From positions 10,142 through 74,141 of IMG/VR virus record IMGVR_UViG_3300025936_000020: a stretch of 64,000 nucleotides of DNA; one strand, 5' to 3'. The notes below the pieces were generated by a model. The model saw only the letters and a program-made list of their open reading frames with translations, was not told the origin of the DNA and did no database searches. Both the position numbers and the translations under genes were made by a program. The DNA is from a virus. Taxonomy: Duplodnaviria; Caudoviricetes. Shown one piece after another: positions 9,344-17,748 of the stretch (its first letter is position 1; the number at the start of each line of letters is the position of its first letter).

Positions 9344-9630
9344 ATCTCGACCACCAAACCCTGCCCGAAGGCCATAAAACCGCCCGACGCCGCGGCTGGC
9401 GAATAACGCTCCTCCGGCGCCTCGCCAAATCCAGCCGATCGTTCACCGCTCGAGATCTGCTGAAGCTTGTTCCGCGTGGAACAATGTCCCTCCACCAGGC
9501 CCGCGCCCTCTGCCAAAGCTACCTCCGAAAAGGCGAGCTCAGGAGGCTCAGAAAGGGCATCGGTGGGTGCGATTCAGTTGAGGCGGTTTACACCGCTCAC
9601 CATCCGCTTGACAAATCTCCCCGCCTGTAG
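9340..9630 (+). CDS. Basic hypothetical protein, possible winged helix
   Basis: ATGA-coupled; FTARDL...VEAVY pattern. Confidence 0.5.
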   Translation: MNLDHQTLPEGHKTARRRGWRITLLRRLAKSSRSFTARDLLKLVPRGTMSLHQARALCQSYLRKGELRRLRKGIGGCDSVEAVYTAHHPLDKSPRL

Positions 9631-9644
9631 GATTTGTTACGCGT

Positions 9645-9720
9645 GAAGACTTTGCCAGCAGCTTCACGGTCGCCCGCTCCGAAAGGGGCACTACCCGGCA
9701 AAGGTTTTCACAGGGCGACC
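9645..9720 (+). ncRNA. Candidate H-type pseudoknot leader
   Basis: A 9645-9656 pairs A' 9697-9709; B GGTCGCCC 9668-9675 pairs GGGCGACC 9713-9720; inner GAAA hairpin 9676-9689; ATG at 9731. Confidence 0.45.
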
Positions 9721-9730
9721 GCCATTTTCC

Positions 9731-10279
9731 ATGCCTGGAACTCGTTCATATAAACGGCTCTGGCCAAAGCGCAATCGAGGCTTCTGGCACGGCGCTAAAC
9801 CACTGGACATTCCGTCCGGCGGCCGGTTCCTGCCAAACCAAACACGGCTCCTCCGAGCGTCGAACGAGTTCTTCACAGCAGGTGCCGTCTGGCAGCGCAA
9901 GGACGGCCAATGGTCTTGCATCCAAGCCGCCCCAATTCTTGCGTGGATGTTCAAATTAACCCCAACAGCAGCCAAACTCGAACTCGCCAGAAAAGGCTGC
10001 TCATGGGAATGGATTTCAGTCGGTCCAACCGGGATTCTTGGCGCCCCTACGGCTCCCGGCGTGTTAGAGCGGAATAGCCCAGCGAGCAGTACGCCCCACG
10101 TTAATCAACCCAACGTCCCACTCAAGGCCCTCAAGGTTCGGCTCCCAGGAGAGCCTACTGAAAGCGCACGTTTACTCTGCGCTACCCCAGGGGTACAGGT
10201 GAAACCCCACGGCGGCAGCTTTACCGGTAATACCCGAGATCTGCCCACCAGAGCGCCCTCAGACTCAATGCCATCGTAG
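9731..10279 (+). CDS. Hypothetical protein (N-terminal half protein-like, C-terminal half low complexity)
   Basis: FFTAGAVWQRKDGQWSCIQAAPILAWM looks globular; the rest is doubtful. Confidence 0.4.
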   Translation: MPGTRSYKRLWPKRNRGFWHGAKPLDIPSGGRFLPNQTRLLRASNEFFTAGAVWQRKDGQWSCIQAAPILAWMFKLTPTAAKLELARKGCSWEWISVGPTGILGAPTAPGVLERNSPASSTPHVNQPNVPLKALKVRLPGEPTESARLLCATPGVQVKPHGGSFTGNTRDLPTRAPSDSMPS

Positions 10280-10820
10280 TCACGGCCAAACGCCATCTGG
10301 CCATCGCGCTTTTTCTGGTGCTGCTATATTTGCAGGGGGGAGAATTGTCTCTCCATCGTACGGGCTTCATTGGAACATTGTCCAGAAGATTATGCCACAG
10401 AGAGGCTGAGTCGCGCATAGACTCCCCTATCGCGAGGCCACATGATACGGGCACACCCCGCCCCCCCCGGCCTGGATTGCGCTCATCTAACAGCAACCGT
10501 TTAAGCCAAGCCATAACTGCTTGACTTACAACGTTTTACGCAAGGAACTTGGGTCTATTCCATTCAGATTCAGCACCTTGCAAGGGTGTCGAAATGACCG
10601 CTCTGTTAGCAAGTTCTATTCCATTCGATGCCGACGAGTTTCCCCGATGTTGGAAGCGAGTGTTTCCCGCGTGATTGCGATTCCCCATACCATACTCTAC
10701 TTCGAGTTGAGGTCGTCTAAACTGGGCAAAGCCGACGCGAGACGAAGCCGGATCAAAGTTGAACGTGTGTGCGGCCAGTCGGCCCCACCATCGTTGCGAC
10801 TCACCGTCTGAAACCCGATG

Positions 10821-11500
10821 CTTGACGAGCTAACGCGGCTCAAGCGTAACACGGGATTAAGCGGTGACAGGGACTGTCAATCTGTCACCGTCAAAGACAG
10901 GGAACAATCGCGCAACGCTTCCTCGCAAGGGGAATTAGCAGACAGGGACACACGAACGACCGCGAGAGTAGTTCCCGTGAAAACCGATAGTCCACAAAAT
11001 CGTTATGCGTTTCCGCTTGGGCGGCGATGGAATAACCGACTTCACGGGAAGCAAGCCCCATCTCGACTTGGAGGTGGGGAAAGCCGGATTGCCAGTAAGC
11101 CTACGGTATTCCCGTAGCAGGAGCACAATCACGGCAAGGTCGAGTCCTTCTTGCTTGAAGCCTACAAACGGAGAGAACAAGCCCAGCAAATGCCCGTGTT
11201 GAGACGGGCAGGGCCGTTAGCGACGGCAGGGCTTGGGATGCTGTCTCAAGTGCTCAATCAACTTCTTCGGCGGTGACAATAAGGCGGTACGTCCATGCCT
11301 TGCGCGTGGCGCGAATCGGCGGAAGGTACTTCTCACCAACTAACGCTCGAACCTACCGGACACGAAGTAAAACAAACAGAGTCAATGGTGGCCAGTACGG
11401 TGGCCATTACTCAATTCATTCGCTTCTGACTTGGAAGCAATTTCACGCCAGTTGGCGTGTCTCGCTGGTTTAGTAGCCTCAGGGAGTTTCCAGCGAACAG
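10821..11500 (+). ncRNA. Candidate large structured non-coding RNA
   Basis: No convincing ORF; many nested helices mapped in 10821-11255 (see findings); strand and 3' end inferred from the downstream operon. Confidence 0.5.
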
Positions 11501-11538
11501 GGAGCATGTCTCCCAATAACGTCCCAAGGTTCCAAGTT

Positions 11539-12222
11539 ATGAAGAAGAACGAACAAAGCGGTACGTCCACGCCCAAAGCACCTGAACCTGCAAAGGAATC
11601 AGCGGTGGTGTACGACTTCCCGAGGGTCCAGGATGTCACGCCGGAATCTCCGGTGGTATTCGGGGACAGAAAGGAATCGTTGCAGGTGTCCGATACTGAA
11701 CGGGTTGAAATTGATGCGTATTTCTTCGCGTCGAAAACCAACCTGAAGTTGAAGAACATCAAAACCGCGCTGAACGGTCTCAAAAAGCAGGGGGTGAAAC
11801 TTCCTGACGGCAAGGAGATCGGGCAGAAGTGGTTCAACGATAATGTCAGGGACCCGTTTCACAAGGTCCTGAGGTACGCGGCGCGATTCTCCATTAATCA
11901 CGGCGCGCCAGTGTCGTTGGCATTCACCAAGCGGCTGAACAAGGATACCGGGGTGATTACCACCACGGCGAAACACGGGTTCGAGTTCAAGTCGGAACCA
12001 ACGAAACCGGCGGAAGTCGAGGACAAAGCGGACAAAGCGGCGGACAAAACCGCGAAGAAGGAAACGTCCAAGTCTAAGACACGGGCGAAACGGCAACAGG
12101 GGAAGAAAAACCTGCAACCGTTGGTCAGTCCTGAAGCGGCAAATCGTATCGACGCGCTGATCGAAAAGACGGCGGCGGACAAAGCGGCGAACGGTGCACC
12201 TGCACCTGAACCCGCGAAGTAG
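11539..12222 (+). CDS. Lys/Ala-rich hypothetical protein, first gene of the early operon
   Basis: ATG at 11539; basic C-terminal tail; followed by a terminator. Confidence 0.75.
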   Translation: MKKNEQSGTSTPKAPEPAKESAVVYDFPRVQDVTPESPVVFGDRKESLQVSDTERVEIDAYFFASKTNLKLKNIKTALNGLKKQGVKLPDGKEIGQKWFNDNVRDPFHKVLRYAARFSINHGAPVSLAFTKRLNKDTGVITTTAKHGFEFKSEPTKPAEVEDKADKAADKTAKKETSKSKTRAKRQQGKKNLQPLVSPEAANRIDALIEKTAADKAANGAPAPEPAK

Positions 12223-12251
12223 TCGGAAGCGAAATTGGTTCGAGGTTCACG

Positions 12252-12288
12252 GCCTCTGCCCCTGGAAACGGGGGCAGGGGCTTTTTTT
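12252..12288 (+). terminator. Rho-independent terminator
   Basis: GCCTCTGCCCCT-GGAAAC-GGGGGCAGGGGC then T7. Confidence 0.85.
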
Positions 12289-12373
12289 GTTTGTTCCCTC
12301 GGCGGCCTGGCGGATAAACGGGCTGCCGATGGGGCGAAACCTTTGGCGGAAAGGAAAAGGAGAAAGGAAATCT

Positions 12374-12586
12374 ATGCACCTATTGGAAATCGTGCGCGAC
12401 AAGGCGCTTATGCAGCCCACGCCACGGCGAACGGAGAACAGCTTTACGCCTGAGGAGGTGGACCGGGCGGCCAGACTGGAAATCTACGGCTCGGACTTCA
12501 GCGAGCCTGGCACGGATTACTGCCTGTTCATCCTGAAGGATGCGGCTGGCAGGGAGATTGCCCAGCGGAGGATTGCTGGGTATTGA
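12374..12586 (+). CDS. Small hypothetical protein
   Basis: AGAAAGGA SD upstream of ATG 12374. Confidence 0.65.
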   Translation: MHLLEIVRDKALMQPTPRRTENSFTPEEVDRAARLEIYGSDFSEPGTDYCLFILKDAAGREIAQRRIAGY

Positions 12587-12604
12587 ATCGGCACGTGGAA
12601 CTTT

Positions 12605-12681
12605 GCCCCGTCGTGAGTCTGATCGAGCGTGAACCACGGCCCAAGGCTCGTTCTATGGGCTAACGCCGCTGCGGACGGGGC
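12605..12681 (+). ncRNA. Intergenic structured element
   Basis: GCCCCGTC 12605-12612/GACGGGGC 12674-12681 encloses CGAGC/GCTCG; possible GCCCA/TGGGC pseudoknot. Confidence 0.35.
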
Positions 12682-12726
12682 TGATCTGAACTCGGTCAAA
12701 CTCGGTTAAACCAAGAAAGGAAAACT

Positions 12727-12939
12727 ATGCTGGAACTCTACACAAGTGGGCTTTGCTATTGCTCAGTCTGCACCGATCTGGTCGACCGGTCGGAAGTTGA
12801 GGCCGAGACCAATCGGGTGAATCCAACCGGGCTGGATCGTCCGTGGCGGATTGCTGATGAGCCGTTCGCCACCGGTGAAAACAATCCGTGTCCGTGCAAC
12901 CATCACAAAGGCAGGCAGCATTTCCTGCTGAGCTGCTGA
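12727..12939 (+). CDS. Small Cys-rich hypothetical protein
   Basis: SD AGAAAGGA; CYCSVC and CPC...HFLLSC. Confidence 0.7.
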   Translation: MLELYTSGLCYCSVCTDLVDRSEVEAETNRVNPTGLDRPWRIADEPFATGENNPCPCNHHKGRQHFLLSC

Positions 12940-12949
12940 AAGGAGTCCG

Positions 12950-13165
12950 ATGTTACCTAAACCCATGAGCCCAAAGGAATGGGCTGCGTACAAGCGGCGC
13001 CAGCGTGAGCGGGAGCAGCAGGCCGGGCGCTTGGCTGCCGGGCAGCTCACCCCTGAGGAGCGCGCGGCCAGGTTGGAAGAGGCGGAAAGGAACAGTCGGC
13101 ACGGGTTTGCTGTGTCTTACCCGGCTGTCGGAATTGTTTACAACAGAAAGAGCAGGATGCGATGA
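12950..13165 (+). CDS. Small hypothetical protein
   Basis: SD GAAAGGAG; coupled to the next gene. Confidence 0.6.
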   Translation: MLPKPMSPKEWAAYKRRQREREQQAGRLAAGQLTPEERAARLEEAERNSRHGFAVSYPAVGIVYNRKSRMR

Positions 13166-13553
13166 AATACTGGGACGAAATGCAGAGCAAGTGGGGCTTC
13201 GAGGACGGCGGCTGCGTGCCTGCCGGAGCCGAAGTCTATCGGGAGGTGTACATCAGGGCGGTGAATCTCATGGCTAAGAAGCTGGGCAGCGCAATGGAAT
13301 GCTACCATACGACCGTCCTGGATTCCACAACTGGTGCATCATCGGGTTCAGAAAGATTGGTGACTTGGAAGCCGATGTCGATGCGAACCCGGACAAATTG
13401 TTGGAGCAGGCAATCTCCATCTGCAGGAGTGAACTTGAGGAGGATCTCGACGGGCTTGTTGACTGCATTGTGCAGCCGCTCCAAGGCTGGGAGGATGAGG
13501 TCGAACGGCTGGTCGGCGGATACCCCGGAAAGGAACCCGATGACAAAGCTTGA
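13162..13553 (+). pseudogene. Frameshifted hypothetical gene (two frames joined near 13300)
   Basis: MKYWDEMQSKWGF...GSAMEC continues sensibly only in the 13299-frame (LPYDRPGFHNWCIIGFR...). Confidence 0.55.
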
Positions 13554-13734
13554 GGAGGCGTACGAGCAGGCCAAGGCAGCGCACCGTGCCGCCCAGCGCG
13601 CGTTGTTCGTTGCCGATGGTCAGAAACTACCGGCCGCGGATCTGATGCGCCTGCAAAGGGCCCTGGGAGAGGCGCAGGAGGCAAGGCGCCGGGCATTCGC
13701 TGCGTTCATGGATGAGATTCAGGAGGTCAAATGA
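13540..13734 (+). CDS. Small helical hypothetical protein
   Basis: SD GAAAGGA before ATG 13540; MTKLEEAYEQAK... Confidence 0.6.
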   Translation: MTKLEEAYEQAKAAHRAAQRALFVADGQKLPAADLMRLQRALGEAQEARRRAFAAFMDEIQEVK

Positions 13735-13856
13735 AGAAACCAAACAGAGAAGATTTCGAAGCGATCGCGCTCTTTATCATCGCGTTTTTCGCCCTGCTCG
13801 CTGTGGCCTTGTGCTGTTTGAAGATCATCACCGTTCTCCAGCGAATGCTTTGGTGA
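13731..13856 (+). CDS. 41-aa membrane peptide
   Basis: MKKPNREDFEAIALFIIAFFALLAVALCCLKIITVLQRMLW; SD AGGAGG; ATGA overlap. Confidence 0.5.
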   Translation: MKKPNREDFEAIALFIIAFFALLAVALCCLKIITVLQRMLW

Positions 13857-13870
13857 GAGGAGACTGACTT

Positions 13871-14005
13871 ATGGACGACGAAGAACTACGCGGCCGACTG
13901 AAGGACATCCATCGCAAGCTTGAGAAACAGGACGACAATCACGGCTGTTGCCTCTTATTCATCGCCGTCCTGTGCTTCATCATCTTCCTGCGAGGATGCC
14001 ATTGA
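13871..14005 (+). CDS. 44-aa membrane-anchored peptide
   Basis: MDDEELRGRLKDIHRKLEKQDDNHGCCLLFIAVLCFIIFLRGCH. Confidence 0.5.
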   Translation: MDDEELRGRLKDIHRKLEKQDDNHGCCLLFIAVLCFIIFLRGCH

Positions 14006-14412
14006 AAACCATTGCCGTCGATCCTGCCCGGATCGAGCATGCCCATTGGGACCAGAAGCTTCAGCGCCGGGAAGGAGGCGACATCGGCCTGGCCTACAGC
14101 GCGGACAAGATACCGGACGGCCAGATCCGAAAGCCGTTTCTCTGGCAGGGCCAGCTCATGACCACGGTCGGAGGCGGGCCAGGCGATTCATGGGAAGCCT
14201 ACCGTCTGGTGGAACTCAGGTTATTTGACGGCACGCCAACGACCTACAACGAGACGGATTTCGAAGCCGCGCGCAATAATCCGCTGGGCTTTTATCACGG
14301 GATGACGGTCAAGCACGGCGGGGAAACATACGTCATCGTCGGGCCTGAGATCCGGTTCGTCGGTGATCCGAAGCTTTCGGTTCAGAAAGTGGAGCAACTC
14401 AGCCTGCTTTAG
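13996..14412 (+). CDS. Conserved hypothetical protein of mobile elements
   Basis: GDIGLAYSAD...EAYRLV...FYHGM.VKHGG motifs; ATG 13996. Confidence 0.7.
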   Translation: MPLKTIAVDPARIEHAHWDQKLQRREGGDIGLAYSADKIPDGQIRKPFLWQGQLMTTVGGGPGDSWEAYRLVELRLFDGTPTTYNETDFEAARNNPLGFYHGMTVKHGGETYVIVGPEIRFVGDPKLSVQKVEQLSLL

Positions 14413-14454
14413 GCCTTGACAAACGCCGGCCGATTTGTTTTTGTCACGGCGTTA

Positions 14455-14484
14455 TTGCTTGATGCCCCTTGGGAGCCGTATCAT
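14455..14484 (+). promoter_or_regulatory. Putative sigma70-type promoter
   Basis: TTGCTT-18 nt-TATCAT. Confidence 0.4.
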
Positions 14485-14714
14485 GGGTTGCGGCCACCCG
14501 GTTGGACAGGAACCCTGAGCAGTCTCCCCGACTGCAACAGCCTGCCCCACGACAGCAATACAGGGGCACCCTTAACGCCGTGACTCCTTTACAGAAAGCA
14601 CTACAAGCTTTGCTCGCCTCACCGGTGAGCTGGGAACAATTCCGTTCCGGTCGCGTTCGCGTCTATCCGGCAAGACCCGTCCAGAAGAAGCGGCTCAAGA
14701 CACGGCGCACTGGC

Positions 14715-14987
14715 GGTGATTGTTCTCAGGCAAGCCGGAGTGACGAAGGCCTGACCGGAGGTTGCGAAAGGCTAGAACCGGAGTCTGGTGGGAAGTCATC
14801 TCCCTGGTAGGCTGGCCAAACCGGGAGCGATGACTGCGCCCCGGTGCGAAAGCGAAGCGAACGACCGACGGGGCTTCATCTTTCTCTTTCAGCAGCGCGA
14901 GTGCCCTGGGGGGTGCTCTGCTCTGCTCGCTCACTCCCTCTGAAGCTTCACCTTTCAGTTTGTATGCGCGCACCCACTTGAATCACC
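14715..14987 (+). ncRNA. Candidate structured RNA (~270 nt)
   Basis: Closing helix GGTGATT/AATCACC; inner TCAGGC/GCCTGA and AGTCATC/GATGACT; two GCGAAAG loops. Confidence 0.4.
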
Positions 14988-15026
14988 ACTTACCGGAGGA
15001 GATTTGTCCTTTAGAACGAAAGGAGA

Positions 15027-15263
15027 ATGAGTATGGCACTGAAACCGAACTATAGGGTGATGATGCAGAATGATAAGGCCGTTCTGATCGTTGACCTTGG
15101 TCCGTGGGATAAGCACCTCACCATCACAAACGGAGCGGAAGAGGTGGTTGCCGAACTTCTGCCCATGCTGAACGGCCGGCGCCTGGAGTACATCGACAGC
15201 GACGGGTATCTGGCCGAGATCAAGATAAAGGACGGGAAGTTCGACGGATTTTTACCGCTATGA
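15027..15263 (+). CDS. Small conserved hypothetical protein
   Basis: SD GAAAGGAG; DLG...TITNGAEEVVAEL...Y.DSDG. Confidence 0.7.
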   Translation: MSMALKPNYRVMMQNDKAVLIVDLGPWDKHLTITNGAEEVVAELLPMLNGRRLEYIDSDGYLAEIKIKDGKFDGFLPL

Positions 15264-15454
15264 AAGCCAATGGGAAAACGCAGTGTTGCAGCGCGCCGTG
15301 TGTGACCTACGCCGTGGAGTCAAATGGGAGAACTACCTGCGTTTATCTCCGTGACGGAACAAAGATAACGGTCGAGCGCGACGGAACTACAAGAGGACCA
15401 GCGTGGCTCAAGCTCTCCAAGCAGGCTCGGATAACAACAGCGCAACCATCATGA
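15260..15454 (+). CDS. Small hypothetical protein
   Basis: ATGA-coupled chain. Confidence 0.55.
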   Translation: MKANGKTQCCSAPCVTYAVESNGRTTCVYLRDGTKITVERDGTTRGPAWLKLSKQARITTAQPS

Positions 15455-15696
15455 AAGCCACGTTCGTTCGCTACTCAATGTGCATCTGCGGGTATCCGGT
15501 TCTCAGCGATTCGGTGCCGATTGGCACCGTGTTCACAGTGGATCCGGACAACACGGCGCCGATGACTGTAATCTGCGGAGGGTGCGGCAAGCACAATCCG
15601 GTGACGGGAGTATGGGTCCACGAAAGGAACGGAAGGCACGCCGGTTATCTGCCGCTGGAAATCTTTGAGTTGGAGAAGGAGAAAGGAACCGAATGA
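15451..15696 (+). CDS. Small Zn-ribbon-like protein
   Basis: CICG and CGGCG motifs; ATGA-coupled. Confidence 0.6.
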   Translation: MKATFVRYSMCICGYPVLSDSVPIGTVFTVDPDNTAPMTVICGGCGKHNPVTGVWVHERNGRHAGYLPLEIFELEKEKGTE

Positions 15697-15998
15697 TCCG
15701 CCGAACCGAATGCCTCAAATGTTTCAAAGTCCCGCGGTTCACCGAGCCTGACGTGTCGGCCGGCTGGACCTACCGGGTCACGACGGCCAAGGTGAAGAAG
15801 CCGGAGAAACACGAGACGAAGATCACTACCACGGACGACGACGGCAAGACCAGCACCGAGACGATCGTGCACGCGTCCATCCTGTGCGACCAGTGCGGCG
15901 AGCCGATCAAGGACGGCAGCCAAGCGAAGCTGGTCACGATGTGGAACAGGAACAGGGAAGGCGAACCGGGAAGGTGGGAGGAGGAGTTTACGATATGA
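15693..15998 (+). CDS. Zn-finger-like hypothetical protein
   Basis: CLKC and CDQCG; SD GAAAGGA. Confidence 0.65.
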   Translation: MIRRTECLKCFKVPRFTEPDVSAGWTYRVTTAKVKKPEKHETKITTTDDDGKTSTETIVHASILCDQCGEPIKDGSQAKLVTMWNRNREGEPGRWEEEFTI

Positions 15999-16270
15999 GC
16001 ACCACTGATGAGGCGGAGCTGTTGGTCTCTGCGCGTCTAGCGATGGCCCAAGTGATCAACACCGATCCAAAGGAGCGACCGGACTTGGAGAAGGAACACG
16101 GCCAGGTATGGGATACCGATGAGCTGGGCCGGGACTTCAAGGTGGAAGGATTCGCCATGCCGCTGGTCGTTGTCAGGCGCAAGTCCGACAACGCGCTGGG
16201 CTCCCTCTTCTTTCAGAGTCAACCTCGCTATTACTTCTGGTGGGAAGCGCATGAACCTGAGAAGAATTAG
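15995..16270 (+). CDS. Conserved hypothetical protein
   Basis: GQVWDTDELGRDF.V.GFAMP.VVVRRKSD...GSL.FQ..PRYYF motif. Confidence 0.75.
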   Translation: MSTTDEAELLVSARLAMAQVINTDPKERPDLEKEHGQVWDTDELGRDFKVEGFAMPLVVVRRKSDNALGSLFFQSQPRYYFWWEAHEPEKN

Positions 16271-16306
16271 TATCCATCAGTTAAACACCAAAGAGAAAGG
16301 AACGGT

Positions 16307-16480
16307 ATGCCAGCAGAAACAAAGACGGTGCGGTTCACGAAGAAGAAGGAGACACCGGGATGCAAGGTGTTTCAGGAGCAGGAGGTGGACGGCCAGCCGA
16401 TCGTCATCGGCACGCTCTACGTGAAGAATTGGTTCGCGGGCGCGGCCACCTCGGTCACGGTCACGATCAGCAAGGAGTAG
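16307..16480 (+). CDS. 57-aa hypothetical protein
   Basis: SD AGAAAGGA; MPAETKTVRFTKKKETPG...IGTLYVK. Confidence 0.65.
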   Translation: MPAETKTVRFTKKKETPGCKVFQEQEVDGQPIVIGTLYVKNWFAGAATSVTVTISKE

Positions 16481-16482
16481 GT

Positions 16483-16770
16483 ATGGGCAAACACACACCT
16501 GGAGATTGGCATTTCGATACCGTCTATTCCCTGATCCTCGGACCAAAAGGCGGCGAACAACAAATCGCTGCGATTCACGGCAGCGACCTCGTTCCAAAGC
16601 GGGAGGCACAAGCCAACGGTTATCTTATCGCTGCTGCGCCCGTCCTGCTGGCGGCGGCGAAGGAACAGTTGGCCAGCTATGACGGCATCAACTTGGCCCG
16701 CCTGTCCAAGGCAGAGAGGGGTAATTACGAACACTTGCTGGCAGCGATTGAGAAAGCGGAGAACCGATGA
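16483..16770 (+). CDS. Conserved phage protein (HTPGxW...ANA.LIAAAP family)
   Basis: KHTPGDW and ANGYLIAAAPVLL motifs. Confidence 0.75.
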   Translation: MGKHTPGDWHFDTVYSLILGPKGGEQQIAAIHGSDLVPKREAQANGYLIAAAPVLLAAAKEQLASYDGINLARLSKAERGNYEHLLAAIEKAENR

Positions 16771-16809
16771 TTTGCCGGATGACCCGGCAGAAAAGAAAGG
16801 AAGAAAGCA

Positions 16810-17712
16810 ATGAGTGATAACATCCAAACAGGCGCAGGCACGCAGGCTCTATTGGTGAGCCTCAGCTTCGGCCTCTGCCGGCAATCACGCCAGCTTCCAC
16901 GCGAAGCGGCGAAGGTGGAAGAAAGTAATAACGCGCAGCACGGCGTCGTGCGTGTGTCGTCTTTCTATTTCCAGCAGGTCAACGGGAAGGAAACGATCGA
17001 CGCGCTGGCAAACTTGAAGAGCCACATGGGAGAGTGGAGAAAGGAGCACATGCGCCTGACTCGTCCGTGGGACCAAGGCAACACCAGGCTGTTGCCGGCC
17101 GCTCTCATCCAGCAATACCTCGACATGAAGTCCACCTTCGAACAGGCCATGCCGCCGAAGGTCGACGAGTTCCTCTCTGTATATCCAGATTGGGCCGTCA
17201 CTGCACCTATCCGCATGGGCAGCCTCTACCGCGCTGAGGATTTCCCAACCCTCGAGCAGGTCAGAGAAGACATCAGTTGGAACACGGCCATGATTCCGCT
17301 GCCCACGGGAGAGCAGTGGCAAAGGATCTCGCTCATCTCTGCGGACCTTGCGGCAGACATGCAGCGGTCCACGAACGAACAGATCGCGCGCGCCGTGGAA
17401 GAGGCAAGGCGGCAGACATGGACCGACGTGCTCGCCCCGATCCAGCACATCGTTGACACGCTCTCCAAAGACAAGCCGCGGATATTCTCCAGCCTCATCG
17501 GCAACCTCACTTCGGTCTTGGACCTTGTTCCCGCATTCAACCTGTCCGGCGATGCCGAACTGAACCAGCTCGCAGCTGAAGCGCGGACGACTCTGGCCGG
17601 GATCGATCCGGAAGATTTGCGGGAAGACCCGGATGTCCGCAGACAGACGCTACAGAATGCGCAGGAAATTTTGCATCGCTTTGGCGCGCTCGGATCGCGC
17701 AGAATTGCTTGA
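16810..17712 (+). CDS. DUF3150-like helical protein
   Basis: SD AGAAAGGA; layout and motifs (TRPW...RLLP, YRAEDFPTLE, FNLSGDAEL) resemble DUF3150 family from memory. Confidence 0.6.
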   Translation: MSDNIQTGAGTQALLVSLSFGLCRQSRQLPREAAKVEESNNAQHGVVRVSSFYFQQVNGKETIDALANLKSHMGEWRKEHMRLTRPWDQGNTRLLPAALIQQYLDMKSTFEQAMPPKVDEFLSVYPDWAVTAPIRMGSLYRAEDFPTLEQVREDISWNTAMIPLPTGEQWQRISLISADLAADMQRSTNEQIARAVEEARRQTWTDVLAPIQHIVDTLSKDKPRIFSSLIGNLTSVLDLVPAFNLSGDAELNQLAAEARTTLAGIDPEDLREDPDVRRQTLQNAQEILHRFGALGSRRIA

Positions 17713-17736
17713 CTCCGGTAACAGGTTTCGTATCGT
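17709..17736 (+). promoter_or_regulatory. Putative sigma70-type promoter
   Basis: TTGACT-16 nt-TATCGT, just upstream of the pseudoknot leader. Confidence 0.5.
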
Positions 17737-17748
17737 TCATCCGCTGAC

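Noticed and set aside
10451-10470. Self-target for array block 2 in the C-rich run
   Set aside because: Manual comparison with the gapped pattern fails at several positions; a full search was not possible.
11539-12222. PEPAK motifs at both ends resembling histone H2B
   Set aside because: A five-residue low-complexity match with no histone fold evident.
9608-14440. Shared TTGACAAA...GATTTGTT motif at 9608 and 14416 as a phage-specific promoter
   Set aside because: Only two copies with different spacing, and no good -10 at canonical distance.
14914-14930. GCTCT GCTCT GCTCG as a second G-N-Y-N-N array
   Set aside because: Only three units; expected by chance in GC-rich DNA.
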